A stretch of DNA of 64,000 bases from an uncultured Lachnospiraceae bacterium. GTDB taxonomy: Bacteria; Bacillota; Clostridia; Oscillospirales; CAG-272. This document shows positions 9,066-18,732 of this stretch, one piece after another. The notes below the pieces were generated by a model. That model was given only the letters and a program-made list of their open reading frames with translations, had not been told where the DNA came from and made no database searches. A program made the translations under genes and the position numbers. The stretch's first letter is position 1; each line of letters begins with the position of its first letter. The stretch covers positions 3,071-67,070 of the forward strand of contig CAZLRV010000007.1 in the NCBI GenBank assembly GCA_964562175.1. The letters run 5' to 3'.

Positions 9066-9344
9066 ATGTCCGAAATACTTGAATGTATGATGTTGCTTTG
9101 CTTCGGCTTTTCATGGCCGCTTAACGTATACCGTAATTACAGATCCTGCTCAACGAAGGGCATGAGTTTGATATTCATATTGCTTATCATCGTCGGATAC
9201 GTTGCCGGTATAACCGCTAAGATAATCACACGTAATTTCTCATACGTTCTTATCGTATACTTTTTCAACCTCGCAGTCGTAAGCTTGAATGTATTTATAT
9301 ATTTCAGAAACAAGAAGTTGGAGAAAATGCCGATAAAGATATGA
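9066..9344 (+). CDS. small 3-TM membrane protein, PQ-loop / SemiSWEET-like (paralog 2)
   Basis: 92 aa. By hand count, 58 of 91 aligned residues are identical to the 5066 protein, including CFGFSWPLNV and FILLIIVGYVAGI.AKII. RBS GGGAAGG. Confidence 0.6.
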   Translation: MSEILECMMLLCFGFSWPLNVYRNYRSCSTKGMSLIFILLIIVGYVAGITAKIITRNFSYVLIVYFFNLAVVSLNVFIYFRNKKLEKMPIKI

Positions 9345-9354
9345 TGTCGGTTTT

Positions 9355-9394
9355 GGGCTTGATAAGTCGCAGGGCTTATCAAGCCCGTTTTTTT
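9355..9394 (+). terminator. rho-independent terminator
   Basis: 12-bp perfect stem GGGCTTGATAAG / CTTATCAAGCCC followed by GTTTTTTT. Confidence 0.75.
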
Positions 9395-9400
9395 ATTTTC

Positions 9401-10318
9401 TTATTTTGTCATTGACAGCATTCTGTCGATACATTGCACGGCTTTTTTCTCAAGCCCCTCATCAAGCACTATCTCTTCCCCGCCCTCGCCGATAAGACAG
9501 CGATAAACATCCGAGAGCGTTGTCAGTCTCATGTCCTCGCATACGCATTTTTTCGACAGCGGATAAAACACTTTTTCGGGGCATTCGTATTGAAGATGCT
9601 CGACTATACTGTTATCGGTGCCTATGATAAACTCTTTATTCTCGCTTTGGCGTGCATATTTCATTATTCCCGTCGTACTGCCCACGTAATCGGCAAGCTC
9701 GCTTACTTCTTTTTTGCACTCCGGATGTACAAGCAGCTTTGCTTCGGGATGCTTTGCTCTTGCCGTATGCACATCTGCCGCCGTAAGTCGTGTATGTATC
9801 GGGCAGCAACCGTCTATAAAACGAAAATTCTTTTCGGGAAGCTGTTCGGCTAACCATGTACCGAGGTTACGATCTGGTACAAAAAGAATATTTTTCTCAT
9901 CAAGTCCGCGCACGATATCAAGTGCGGATGCGGAGGTCACGCAAACATCGCATTCCGCCTTCAGCTCCGAGGTCGTGTTTATATATGCGACAACGGCATG
10001 GTCGGGGTATTTCTTTTTCAGCTCGCGCAGCTGCTCCGGACTCAGCATTTCAGCCATGGGACAGCCGGCATCCGGGTGTGCGAGTATTACCTTTTTGTCA
10101 GGCGAAAGGAGCTTTGCCGTTTCCGCCATAAAGCGAACGCCGCACATTAAAAGCGTTTTTTGACTTACGCTTTGAGCTTTTTGGCTGAGTGCGAAGGAAT
10201 CTCCGACAAAGTCCGCTATCTCAAGTATGTTATGTGTTTGATATGCGTGTGCCAAAATACACACGTCTTTTTCTTTTTTCAGCTCGATTATCTTCTTCTG
10301 TAATTGTATCGTATCCAT
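9401..10318 (-). CDS. nadA: quinolinate synthase NadA
   Basis: 305 aa with the N-terminus ...KKEKDVCILAHAYQ and conserved Cys residues. It lies in genomic context with nadB, nadC and niaR. Confidence 0.9.
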   Translation of the reverse strand: MDTIQLQKKIIELKKEKDVCILAHAYQTHNILEIADFVGDSFALSQKAQSVSQKTLLMCGVRFMAETAKLLSPDKKVILAHPDAGCPMAEMLSPEQLRELKKKYPDHAVVAYINTTSELKAECDVCVTSASALDIVRGLDEKNILFVPDRNLGTWLAEQLPEKNFRFIDGCCPIHTRLTAADVHTARAKHPEAKLLVHPECKKEVSELADYVGSTTGIMKYARQSENKEFIIGTDNSIVEHLQYECPEKVFYPLSKKCVCEDMRLTTLSDVYRCLIGEGGEEIVLDEGLEKKAVQCIDRMLSMTK

Positions 10319-10350
10319 TTTCTTTTCTCATTCCACATTTATTTTTCAAT

Positions 10351-10379
10351 ATTATATACCATAATGCAAAATTTGTCAA
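10351..10379 (-). promoter_or_regulatory. consensus sigma-A promoter for nadA
   Basis: On the minus strand: TTGACA (10379-10374), a 17 nt spacer, then TATAAT (10356-10351). Confidence 0.65.
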
Positions 10380-10387
10380 CACCTATA

Positions 10388-10416
10388 TTGACATATGACA
10401 AGACATATGCTATAAT
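10388..10416 (+). promoter_or_regulatory. consensus sigma-A promoter for nadB-nadC-niaR
   Basis: TTGACA (10388-10393), a 17 nt spacer, then TATAAT (10411-10416). The spacer contains CATATGACAAGACATATG. Confidence 0.65.
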
Positions 10417-10445
10417 ATACGCAATATATTTGAAAGGAAATAAAA

Positions 10446-11726
10446 ATGCTTACCGATATACTTATAGTCGGCTCGGGCTGTTCGGGGCTGTACTGTGCCT
10501 TGAATTTGCCGAGGAACAAAAAGATAACGATAATAACGAAATCGGATCTATGCAGTAACGATTCCTTTTTGGCACAGGGCGGCATCTGTGTATTAAAAGA
10601 TGAATCCGATTACGACAGCTTTTTCGAGGACACTCTTAAGGCGGGACATTACGAAAACGACAGGGAGAGCGTCGACATCATGATACGCTCATCAAAGGAT
10701 GTCATTGACGAGCTTATAGGCTACGGCGTGGATTTTTGCCGTGATGAGCAAGGCAATTACGATTACACTCGCGAGGGCGCACATTCGGACAAGCGAATAA
10801 TGTATCACGAGGACATTACGGGCAAGGAGATAACGAGCAAGCTCTTGGCTGCGGTATCCTCGCTTGACAATGTCACACTGCTTGAATACACTACTCTGCT
10901 TGACATTATTGAATGTGACGGCGAATGCCATGGTGCCGTTATTGCTTATTCCGACGGCACGCTCGATACGGTCAGCTGCGAATACACGGTACTTGCCACG
11001 GGCGGTGTCGGCGGTTTATATCGTCATTCCACGAATTACCGTCATTTGACGGGTGACGGTGTGGCAATAGCCATAAAGCACGGCGTCGAGTTAAAGAATG
11101 TCGATTACGTTCAAATACACCCCACGACATTTTATTCCGAGGATGAAAACGACAGAAGCTTTTTGATATCCGAGTCGGTAAGGGGCGAGGGTGCTAAGCT
11201 GTACGACAAGAATATGAACCGTTTCGTATATGAGCTTTTGCCGCGTGACAGGCTTACGGAGGAGATAAAAAAGCAGATGGAGAAGGACGGCACAAAATTT
11301 GTTTGGGAGGATCTGCGTCCCATCGGGCAAGAGGTCTTAAACGAGCATTTTCCGAATATTGTCGAGCATTGCAAGAGCATGGGCTACGACCCGATGAAGG
11401 AATGCATACCCGTTGTACCCGCTCAGCACTATTTTATGGGCGGTATCAAGGTCGACCATAACAGCAAAACATCGATGAAGCGTCTCTATGCGATAGGTGA
11501 AACGGCATGCAACGGTGTTCACGGCAAGAATCGTCTGGCAAGTAACTCCTTGCTTGAAAGTCTTGTTTTCGCCAAGCGTGCCGCAAAAGAAATGGCAAGC
11601 ACGCCCGTTGACTTCGGCAAAGCACCCGATATTGACACGGCGAAATATGCCGACAGGGCGGCTCTGGAGGAGGAATACAAACGCATCGTTAAGGATGCCA
11701 TTGAAAGGAGAGAGGGCAATGTTTGA
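10446..11726 (+). CDS. nadB: L-aspartate oxidase NadB (short clostridial form)
   Basis: FAD-binding N-terminus ILIVGSGCSGLYCAL and the flavoprotein core (HYFMGGIKVD, GETACNGVHGKNRLASNSLLE). It overlaps the nadC start (ATGTTTGA). Confidence 0.9.
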   Translation: MLTDILIVGSGCSGLYCALNLPRNKKITIITKSDLCSNDSFLAQGGICVLKDESDYDSFFEDTLKAGHYENDRESVDIMIRSSKDVIDELIGYGVDFCRDEQGNYDYTREGAHSDKRIMYHEDITGKEITSKLLAAVSSLDNVTLLEYTTLLDIIECDGECHGAVIAYSDGTLDTVSCEYTVLATGGVGGLYRHSTNYRHLTGDGVAIAIKHGVELKNVDYVQIHPTTFYSEDENDRSFLISESVRGEGAKLYDKNMNRFVYELLPRDRLTEEIKKQMEKDGTKFVWEDLRPIGQEVLNEHFPNIVEHCKSMGYDPMKECIPVVPAQHYFMGGIKVDHNSKTSMKRLYAIGETACNGVHGKNRLASNSLLESLVFAKRAAKEMASTPVDFGKAPDIDTAKYADRAALEEEYKRIVKDAIERREGNV

Positions 11727-12573
11727 TAATGCAACGATGAAGCTGAGAGTTGATCCGCTGATATTGTCTGCGCTCGGCGAGGATATCACAAGTGAGGACG
11801 TATCGACAAATGCGATAATGCCTCAGCCGAGGCAAGGAAGCGCCGAGCTGATATGCAAGCAGGACGGTGTGCTGTGCGGCATTGGAGTATTTGAGCGTGT
11901 TTTCACTCTGCTTGATGAAAAAACGGAATTTGAAATGCTTGCGGATGACGGGGACGAGATAAAAAAAGGTCAGCTTATCGGCACACTGAGAGGCGATATA
12001 CGTGTTATGCTATCCGGGGAGCGTGTTGCGCTCAACTATCTGCAAAGAATGAGCGGTATAGCGACATATACAAGACAAGTGGCAAAGCTGCTTGAGGGAA
12101 CGAAAACAAAGCTGCTCGATACAAGAAAAACCACGCCCAACAACAGGATCTTCGAAAAATATGCCGTTGTAGTCGGCGGCGGTCACAACCACAGATATAA
12201 TCTGTCCGACGGTGTGCTTTTGAAGGACAATCACATATCCGCTTCGGGAGGTGTTGAAAACGCAATAAGGCTTGCCAAGGCTTATGCTCCGTTCGTCCGC
12301 AAGATCGAGGTCGAGGTCGAGAATATGGAAATGGTAAAGCAAGCCGTTTTAGCGGGAGCGGACATTATAATGCTCGATAATATGAGCCACGAGGCAATGA
12401 GAGAGGCAATAGCATATATCGACGGCAGAGCCGAGGTAGAGGTATCCGGCAATGTTACCGGTGAGAATATAAAGGCTCTCACGGATCTCGGCGTTGACTA
12501 TATTTCAAGCGGTGCCTTGACACATTCCTCGCCCATACTCGATCTTTCTCTCAAAAACATGAAAGCCATATGA
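11719..12573 (+). CDS. nadC: nicotinate-nucleotide pyrophosphorylase (carboxylating) NadC
   Basis: Start set at MFDNATMKL, with RBS AAAGGAG upstream. QPRTase motifs are present (LDTRKTTP, HRYNLSDGVLLKDNH, IMLDNM). The longer track ORF start lies inside nadB. Confidence 0.9.
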   Translation: MFDNATMKLRVDPLILSALGEDITSEDVSTNAIMPQPRQGSAELICKQDGVLCGIGVFERVFTLLDEKTEFEMLADDGDEIKKGQLIGTLRGDIRVMLSGERVALNYLQRMSGIATYTRQVAKLLEGTKTKLLDTRKTTPNNRIFEKYAVVVGGGHNHRYNLSDGVLLKDNHISASGGVENAIRLAKAYAPFVRKIEVEVENMEMVKQAVLAGADIIMLDNMSHEAMREAIAYIDGRAEVEVSGNVTGENIKALTDLGVDYISSGALTHSSPILDLSLKNMKAI

Positions 12574-12587
12574 CGGGGAGGGCGAAT

Positions 12588-13109
12588 ATGAATTCAAAGC
12601 AACGACGGGAGGATATCGTAGCGCGCTTGAATGCCGCATCGGAACCGATCACCGCAACATATTTCGCCAAGCAATACGGCGTGAGCCGTCAAACCATAGT
12701 ACATGACATAGAGGTAATACGTGCAACGGGTGTTGAGGTCGTATCGCTTGCAAGGGGGTATTTGATACAAAACACAATGCGTGTTTTCAGAATATTCGAG
12801 GTAAAGCACACGGATGAGCAGACACGGGAGGAGCTTGTCGGAATAATAGAGCGCGGGGGCGAGGCCAAGGACGTTTTCGTATACCATAAGGTATACGGAA
12901 GATTGCGAGCCGTGCTTAACGTAAGCTCTTACACGAGCCTGAAAAGATTTATGAACGAGATCGGCTCCGGCAAGGTCACACTGCTGAAAAATCTCACCTC
13001 AAGCAATCATTTTCATACGGTCTTTGCGGAGGATGAGGAAACACTTGATGAAATAGAGGGCTTTTTGAATAGCAAGGGTTTTCTTGTGAGCGTAAAAAAA
13101 GAACAATAG
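12588..13109 (+). CDS. niaR: NiaR (YrxA) niacin-responsive transcriptional repressor, HTH + 3H domain
   Basis: N-terminal HTH (REDIVARLNAASEPITATYFAKQYGVSRQTIVHDI), a C-terminal His-rich 3H-type domain, and a position after nadC. RBS GGGAGGG. Confidence 0.8.
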   Translation: MNSKQRREDIVARLNAASEPITATYFAKQYGVSRQTIVHDIEVIRATGVEVVSLARGYLIQNTMRVFRIFEVKHTDEQTREELVGIIERGGEAKDVFVYHKVYGRLRAVLNVSSYTSLKRFMNEIGSGKVTLLKNLTSSNHFHTVFAEDEETLDEIEGFLNSKGFLVSVKKEQ

Positions 13110-13113
13110 AAAA

Positions 13114-13145
13114 ATACCGCCCAAGCATTGAAGCGAGGGCGGTAT
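13114..13145. terminator. hairpin between convergent genes
   Basis: ATACCGCCC / GGGCGGTAT 9-bp stem with a 14-nt loop and only a modest T-tract. Confidence 0.4.
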
Positions 13146-13152
13146 GATCATT

Positions 13153-15156
13153 TTATTTGCAGTTTTGGAATACGAAGTTCAAACGACCGTGCGGTGCGGA
13201 ATCGCCGCTTGTGTACATTTGCTCCATCGTATTAACGGTGTCCTTACTGTCTACCCATTTGAATGCGAAATTGATATTGTTGTAATCGGTTATGCCAAGC
13301 TCGGAGAGCGGAACGCTTACCATCATCTTGTTGCCCTCAACACGGTAATTTATCTTTGAGACTTCCTCAAACTTAAATTCCTTGCCCTTTTCGGTGCATT
13401 TTGCAAGTGAGGTCTCGCCGTTGCCCGTTGCCTTGTAGTTTACGATATAATCGTATCCGTACCAACCGGTAGTGTCGTTATCTATGTTTATAAACAGCTG
13501 CATCCAAGTCGAATTCGCATCCGGCTCGGTTATATCTATGGCTTTTCCGTCATCATCCGTTGCACATTCAACATAGAAATAGATATTTTGCGTATCGTAA
13601 ACTATCTTCATCTTGCTCAGGTCATTTCTGCCCGACTTATCACTGACCTTTATCTTTCCGAATGTGTTTGCGCTTCTGTTTACCGTATCGCCCATATAAT
13701 CGGAATAGGTAACGAGAATATCGTTCCATTGGTCAAAGGAGCCGTTTATGTCTATCTTCTTTCTTGTATTCTGCACAAGCGTCGGTGCGGTGCCTTTATA
13801 CTTACGGATATTCGATATAAGCTGCATATAATAGTTGTCGAAATATCCGCCCTTCATCATTTCAACGTCACGGCTGAATTCCGTTGTACAGCAGTCAACG
13901 AACTTTACTCTGTCTATATCGCCGGGTTCTTGTCTTTGAGCTACCCACTCGTTCCAACCCGTTACCAAAACTACGGGCACGTCGCTCTTTATAGCGGCAT
14001 CCCATTGGTCTTGGAAATTATAGCCGTACAGATATGAGTCTGCCGTGATATTCTGTCTGCCGTTTCTGAACGAACGGCCGTGGTCGCTTCTGTTGCCGTA
14101 TATCGCCGACTCGGAGAAGCATACGGTGCCGCAGTGCTGAGCCACGGAAACGCTTATAGCCTCCGCCTGTCCCTTATCGTTATAGAATATATCGCTGTCC
14201 CAATAATTCTTTTCATTTCTCGACAGCTCTTTTTCGGTACGTGTGAAGCTCATCCAAGGCCAGCCGTTTACTTCCTTTGTTTCATTGGGCCACTGTGCAA
14301 CACGGTAGGTAAAGAAATCGGCGTTTTTACCGAGTGTCGCTTTCATATCGTCAACATTGCCTATTATAACGGGCTTGCCGTCCATCTTAAACCATGTGTC
14401 CTCGTAAAGACCCTTTTTGTAAATGTTGTCGTACAGCTGTTTTGCCACATTACCGGAGGAGCTATGCGTATAGAACACCACCTGCGGTGCATCATAGCCC
14501 TGCTCGTTGAAGCTGCTCAATATACGCATCATGCTCTTTGCGTTGTTGAGATAGGGGAAACCGTTCGTAACATCGAAATACAGGAAGTCAACGCCTGCGT
14601 TTGTCAGCTCCTCTGCGTGCTTTCTCATTACCCATTTATCCGATGAGTAATAATAGCCGTACAGAGGCTCGCCCCAGTGGTGCATTGCTCCCTGCGGACC
14701 CCATTCGCTGTAGCTTGCCAGCTTTGCGTTGTTCTGATTTGCTTCATCGCCGTTTGCGTAGAGTATTTCCGTTATATTAAACGCTCCGCTGTCGCCATGC
14801 TCGCCGAGCCAGAGAAAATAGAATATTCCCACGGACTTGCTCTCGTCGTATGCCTTTGTTTCCTCAACCTTGGGCAGCTTACGATCGAGGTCATCAGTCG
14901 CAACGAGCGGACCGCAATTGAAGTTTTTGTTGTTTGGGTACTTTACGCCGTCAACCACTATATAGTCACCCTCAACGGTATATGCAGGTGTACCCGCAAA
15001 ATCATCCGTGCCGGGATCGTTGCTTGTCGGCGCACCTGTCGTCTGCGAGCTGTCTGTCGCACCCGTATCGTCGGTCTTGTTGTCACCGCAGGAGGAAAGA
15101 AATGCGGAGGATATCATCAGCAATGCGAGAAGTGATGAAATAATTCTTTTTTTCAT
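13153..15156 (-). CDS. secreted lipoprotein, putative TIM-barrel glycoside hydrolase (GH99/GH71-like by motif pattern) with a C-terminal beta-sandwich extension
   Basis: Lipobox MKKRIISSLLALLMISSAFLSSCG. Motifs GIFYFLWLG, WGEPLYGYYYSSDKWV, VDFLYFDVTNG, GWPWMSF, VSVAQH and VLVTGWNEW are shared with the 19591..21126 paralog. Start moved to 15156 (RBS AAGGG). Confidence 0.55.
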   Translation of the reverse strand: MKKRIISSLLALLMISSAFLSSCGDNKTDDTGATDSSQTTGAPTSNDPGTDDFAGTPAYTVEGDYIVVDGVKYPNNKNFNCGPLVATDDLDRKLPKVEETKAYDESKSVGIFYFLWLGEHGDSGAFNITEILYANGDEANQNNAKLASYSEWGPQGAMHHWGEPLYGYYYSSDKWVMRKHAEELTNAGVDFLYFDVTNGFPYLNNAKSMMRILSSFNEQGYDAPQVVFYTHSSSGNVAKQLYDNIYKKGLYEDTWFKMDGKPVIIGNVDDMKATLGKNADFFTYRVAQWPNETKEVNGWPWMSFTRTEKELSRNEKNYWDSDIFYNDKGQAEAISVSVAQHCGTVCFSESAIYGNRSDHGRSFRNGRQNITADSYLYGYNFQDQWDAAIKSDVPVVLVTGWNEWVAQRQEPGDIDRVKFVDCCTTEFSRDVEMMKGGYFDNYYMQLISNIRKYKGTAPTLVQNTRKKIDINGSFDQWNDILVTYSDYMGDTVNRSANTFGKIKVSDKSGRNDLSKMKIVYDTQNIYFYVECATDDDGKAIDITEPDANSTWMQLFINIDNDTTGWYGYDYIVNYKATGNGETSLAKCTEKGKEFKFEEVSKINYRVEGNKMMVSVPLSELGITDYNNINFAFKWVDSKDTVNTMEQMYTSGDSAPHGRLNFVFQNCK

Positions 15157-15215
15157 AATTTTACCCTTTCGGACAAGAAGGGATCCGGAAATAATATTCC
15201 GAATCCCATCGTTTC

Positions 15216-16328
15216 TCAGTGTATAATGCACTCTTCGGTTTCTTTGTCGAATATGTGCATACGTGTAACGTCAATAGCCACCTGTATCTTCTCGCCTGCC
15301 TTGGCCTGTGAACGAGGTGATACACGTGCGATAAGATTCTGTTCGTCGCTTGACAGATACAGATATATCTCCGCACCCATAAGCTCGGTAACGTCAACGT
15401 CTGCGGAAATGGTGGAATCCGCAAACTGTGTTAAGTACATAGGCTCGTCATGGATACACTCGGGACGAATGCCGGCGATAACTTCCTTGCCGATATAATC
15501 CTTAAGTGCGGGATTGGTTGCCTTGTCTGCGGGAAGCTTCAATGCGTTCTCGCCGAACTTAACGAATACATCCTCGCCTACCTTTTCAAGCTTTGCATCG
15601 ATAAAGTTCATTTGAGGAGTTCCGATAAAGCCCGCAACGAATACCTTGTTGGGCTTGTCGTAGAGGTTTTGAGGCGTATCTACCTGCTGGATCTTACCGT
15701 CCTTCATAACGACGATTCTCGATGCCATCGTCATAGCCTCTACCTGGTCATGCGTTACGTATACAAATGTTGTTTCGAGTCTCTTATGAAGCTTTGTAAG
15801 CTCTGTTCTCATCGCCGCACGAAGCTTTGCGTCAAGGTTTGACAAAGGCTCATCCAAAAGGAAGACCTTAGGATTACGAACTATCGCACGTCCGAGTGCA
15901 ACACGCTGCTTCTGACCACCGGACAATGCCTTGGGGCGACGATCGAGCAAATGCTCGATATCAAGTATACGAGCCGCCTCTTCAACTCTGCGCTTGATCT
16001 CCTCTTTGGGAGTCTTACGGAGCTTCAGACCGAACGCCATGTTCTCGAACACCGTCATGTGAGGGTACAGAGCGTAGTTCTGGAACACCATCGCTATATC
16101 TCTGTCCTTGGGCGCAACGTCGTTTACGAGCCTATCACCGATAAAAAGTTCACCCTCGGTAATTTCCTCAAGACCTGCTATCATACGAAGGGTTGTGGAT
16201 TTACCGCAACCGGAAGGACCGACGAAAACGATAAACTCTTTGTCCTTTATTTCAAGACAAAAGTCGGATACCGCAACGACTCCGCCGGGATACTTTTTGT
16301 AAATGTGTTTAAGTGATAAGCTTGCCAT
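15216..16328 (-). CDS. sugar ABC importer ATPase, MsmK/MsmX/MalK type
   Basis: Walker [10 protein letters not shown], signature LSGGQKQRV, Walker [12 protein letters not shown] and a C-terminal MalK-like regulatory domain. No cognate permease genes are adjacent. RBS GGAGG. Confidence 0.85.
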   Translation of the reverse strand: MASLSLKHIYKKYPGGVVAVSDFCLEIKDKEFIVFVGPSGCGKSTTLRMIAGLEEITEGELFIGDRLVNDVAPKDRDIAMVFQNYALYPHMTVFENMAFGLKLRKTPKEEIKRRVEEAARILDIEHLLDRRPKALSGGQKQRVALGRAIVRNPKVFLLDEPLSNLDAKLRAAMRTELTKLHKRLETTFVYVTHDQVEAMTMASRIVVMKDGKIQQVDTPQNLYDKPNKVFVAGFIGTPQMNFIDAKLEKVGEDVFVKFGENALKLPADKATNPALKDYIGKEVIAGIRPECIHDEPMYLTQFADSTISADVDVTELMGAEIYLYLSSDEQNLIARVSPRSQAKAGEKIQVAIDVTRMHIFDKETEECIIH

Positions 16329-16569
16329 TATTTTCCTCCAAAATTAAATACAATTATAATAGATAAGTGTATCGCTCAGCCGCGACGGCAAGATCGGGTA
16401 AAACGAAACGCACTTACACGATGTATATTATAGCAGAAATAAATGAATTTTTAAAGAGTTTATTTTCCCAAAATTTCAGTTTATTGTTTGTGTATTATGT
16501 ACAATAATGCATATGTATCTTTATCCGTGTAAAAAAAGATTAACATTATTCTCTAATTTATTAGAACGG

Positions 16570-18732
16570 TCATTTTGCCCTTTTCATCGTCAACTCGATA
16601 CGTTTTTTTGCCTCATCGACTCGCAACACCCGAACGGTGACATTATCACCGACGCTCAGCACCTCGGACGGATGCTTTATAAACCTGCCGTCCGACATTT
16701 GCGATATATGTACAAGCCCGTCAACATGAACACCGATATCGACAAACGCCCCGAAATCTATGACGTTACGCACTACGCCGGTCAGCTCCATGCCCTCTCT
16801 CAGGTCGGCAATATCAAGCAGATCCTCACGCAGTATCGGAGGTGCAAAGTCGTTACGTATATCGCGTCCCGGCTTTTGCAATTCCTTTACTATATCGTTT
16901 AGCGTCGGCTCACCTATACCGAGCCTCTCGCACACCTCTGAGGTACCGTCGCTCTTTACCTTATCGCCGAGTTGGGACAGCTTGCCCTCCTTGACATCCT
17001 CGTCGGTATATCCGTATTGTTTGAGTAATGCCCGTGCCGCCTCATACGATTCGGGATGCACGCCCGTATTGTCAAGTATCTCCTCCGAGTCCGGCACACG
17101 CAAAAAGCCGGCACACTGCTCGTAAGCCTTGGCGCCTATTCTCGGAACCTTCAAAAGCTCGGCACGTGAGGTAAATTCGCCGTTTTCCTCTCTGTATTTA
17201 ACGATATTTTTCGCACTTGTCGCATTTATGCCGGCGACGTAGGAGAGCAGTGCGTGCGATGCGGTATTCAGATCCACTCCGACTGAGTTTACGCAATACT
17301 CGATAACGCCCGTCAATGCCTCGTCAAGCCTTGCCGGCTTCATATCATGCTGATACTGTCCCACGCCTATCGACTTGGGATCTATCTTCACCAGCTCGGC
17401 AAGAGGGTCCTGCAATCTTCTCGCTATAGACACCGCACTTCTCTGCGTTACGTCAAAGTCGGGAAATTCCTCTGCCGCAAGCTTGGATGCCGAGTAAACG
17501 CTCGCACCCGCCTCACTTACGATAGTATACTTACAGCCGCAACCCATATCCTTAAGCAAGCCCGAAATGAATATCTCGCTTTCTTTCGATGCCGTGCCGT
17601 TTCCTATGGCAACCACATCGACACCGTAACGCTTTATCAGCCCTCTCACGATCTTGTCCGCCTCAGCGTTCTTGTACTCGCTCTTTATCGTCGGAAATAT
17701 AACTGCCGTATCAAGCACCTTTCCCGTTTTATCGACAACGGCAAGCTTACATCCCGTCCTGTAGCCGGGGTCAAGTCCCATAACAGTGCTTCCCTTAAGG
17801 GCGGGGGTAAGAAGCAAATGCTTAAGGTTGTCCGAAAATACTTTTATAGCCCCCTCCGATGCTTTATCGAACATATCTCCGCGCAGCTCTCTTTCTATCG
17901 ACGGAGCTATGAGTCTTTCATAGCTGTCCCTGCAGGCTTCTTCGATATATTTTGCCGCCTCGCTGTTTTTCTTTTTTATGAGCATTGACAGTATGCCGTT
18001 TATTATAAAATCCGTCGGTGCTTTGACGGTTACCTTAAGAAAGCCCTCTTTTTCACCGCGGTTCACGGCAAGTACTCTGTGCGGCGGCATACTTTTTACC
18101 GCACCGCTGTAGTCATAATACGTTGCGTATACGGAATCCTCTTCCTTTGCCCGAGTGCATTCCAGCATTCCTTTTTCAAATGTATGGTAACGTACCTTTT
18201 TACGTATTGCCGCATTGTCGGAAATATCCTCGGCTATGATATCCAATGCGCCCTTTAGCGCATCCTCCGCACTCGGTACGCCCTTTTCCTCGCTTACGTA
18301 TTCGGCAGCCGCATCCGGAATGCTCTTTTCGTAATGCTCGTATTGCTTCTTTATCAACGCCGCCAGCGGCTCGAGTCCCTTTTCACGTGCAACGGAGGCT
18401 CTCGTTTTACGCTTCGGCTTAAACGGGCGATAAATGTCCTCCACCTCGGCGAGCGTTTGCGCCGCATCGAGTGCTTTGCTTATCGTATCGTTCAGCTTAC
18501 CCTGCTCATCTATCGAGCCTTTTACCTCGTCCTTGCGTTTCTGCAAGCTCCTTAAGTAATTTAATCTTTCGTACAGCCCTCTGAGTACCGTATCGTCAAG
18601 GCTTCCCGTCACCTCTTTTCGGTAACGTGCGATAAACGGTATCGTATTGCCCTCGTCTATCATTTCGACCGTCTTTTTGACCTGCTCCGCTTTCAAGCCA
18701 AGCTCAGCGGCTAATCTTTCTATTATGTCCAT
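16570..18732 (-). CDS. tex: Tex transcription accessory protein (YqgF/HhH/S1 domains)
   Basis: N-terminus MDIIERLAAELGLKAEQVKKTVEMIDEGNTIPFIARYRKE, a C-terminal S1 domain (GVVRNVIDFGAFVDIGVHVDGLVHISQM), and a length of 720 aa. Confidence 0.9.
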   Translation of the reverse strand: MDIIERLAAELGLKAEQVKKTVEMIDEGNTIPFIARYRKEVTGSLDDTVLRGLYERLNYLRSLQKRKDEVKGSIDEQGKLNDTISKALDAAQTLAEVEDIYRPFKPKRKTRASVAREKGLEPLAALIKKQYEHYEKSIPDAAAEYVSEEKGVPSAEDALKGALDIIAEDISDNAAIRKKVRYHTFEKGMLECTRAKEEDSVYATYYDYSGAVKSMPPHRVLAVNRGEKEGFLKVTVKAPTDFIINGILSMLIKKKNSEAAKYIEEACRDSYERLIAPSIERELRGDMFDKASEGAIKVFSDNLKHLLLTPALKGSTVMGLDPGYRTGCKLAVVDKTGKVLDTAVIFPTIKSEYKNAEADKIVRGLIKRYGVDVVAIGNGTASKESEIFISGLLKDMGCGCKYTIVSEAGASVYSASKLAAEEFPDFDVTQRSAVSIARRLQDPLAELVKIDPKSIGVGQYQHDMKPARLDEALTGVIEYCVNSVGVDLNTASHALLSYVAGINATSAKNIVKYREENGEFTSRAELLKVPRIGAKAYEQCAGFLRVPDSEEILDNTGVHPESYEAARALLKQYGYTDEDVKEGKLSQLGDKVKSDGTSEVCERLGIGEPTLNDIVKELQKPGRDIRNDFAPPILREDLLDIADLREGMELTGVVRNVIDFGAFVDIGVHVDGLVHISQMSDGRFIKHPSEVLSVGDNVTVRVLRVDEAKKRIELTMKRAK

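Noticed and set aside
9355-9394. Whether the terminator after PQ-loop paralog 2 also serves nadA (bidirectional)
   Set aside because: On the minus strand the stem is followed by AAAACCGAC rather than a U-tract, so I call it plus-strand only.
11497-11718. Long N-terminal extension of the nadC ORF (track start 11497)
   Set aside because: The extension lies inside nadB in another frame. A proper RBS and the conserved NadC N-terminus begin at 11719.
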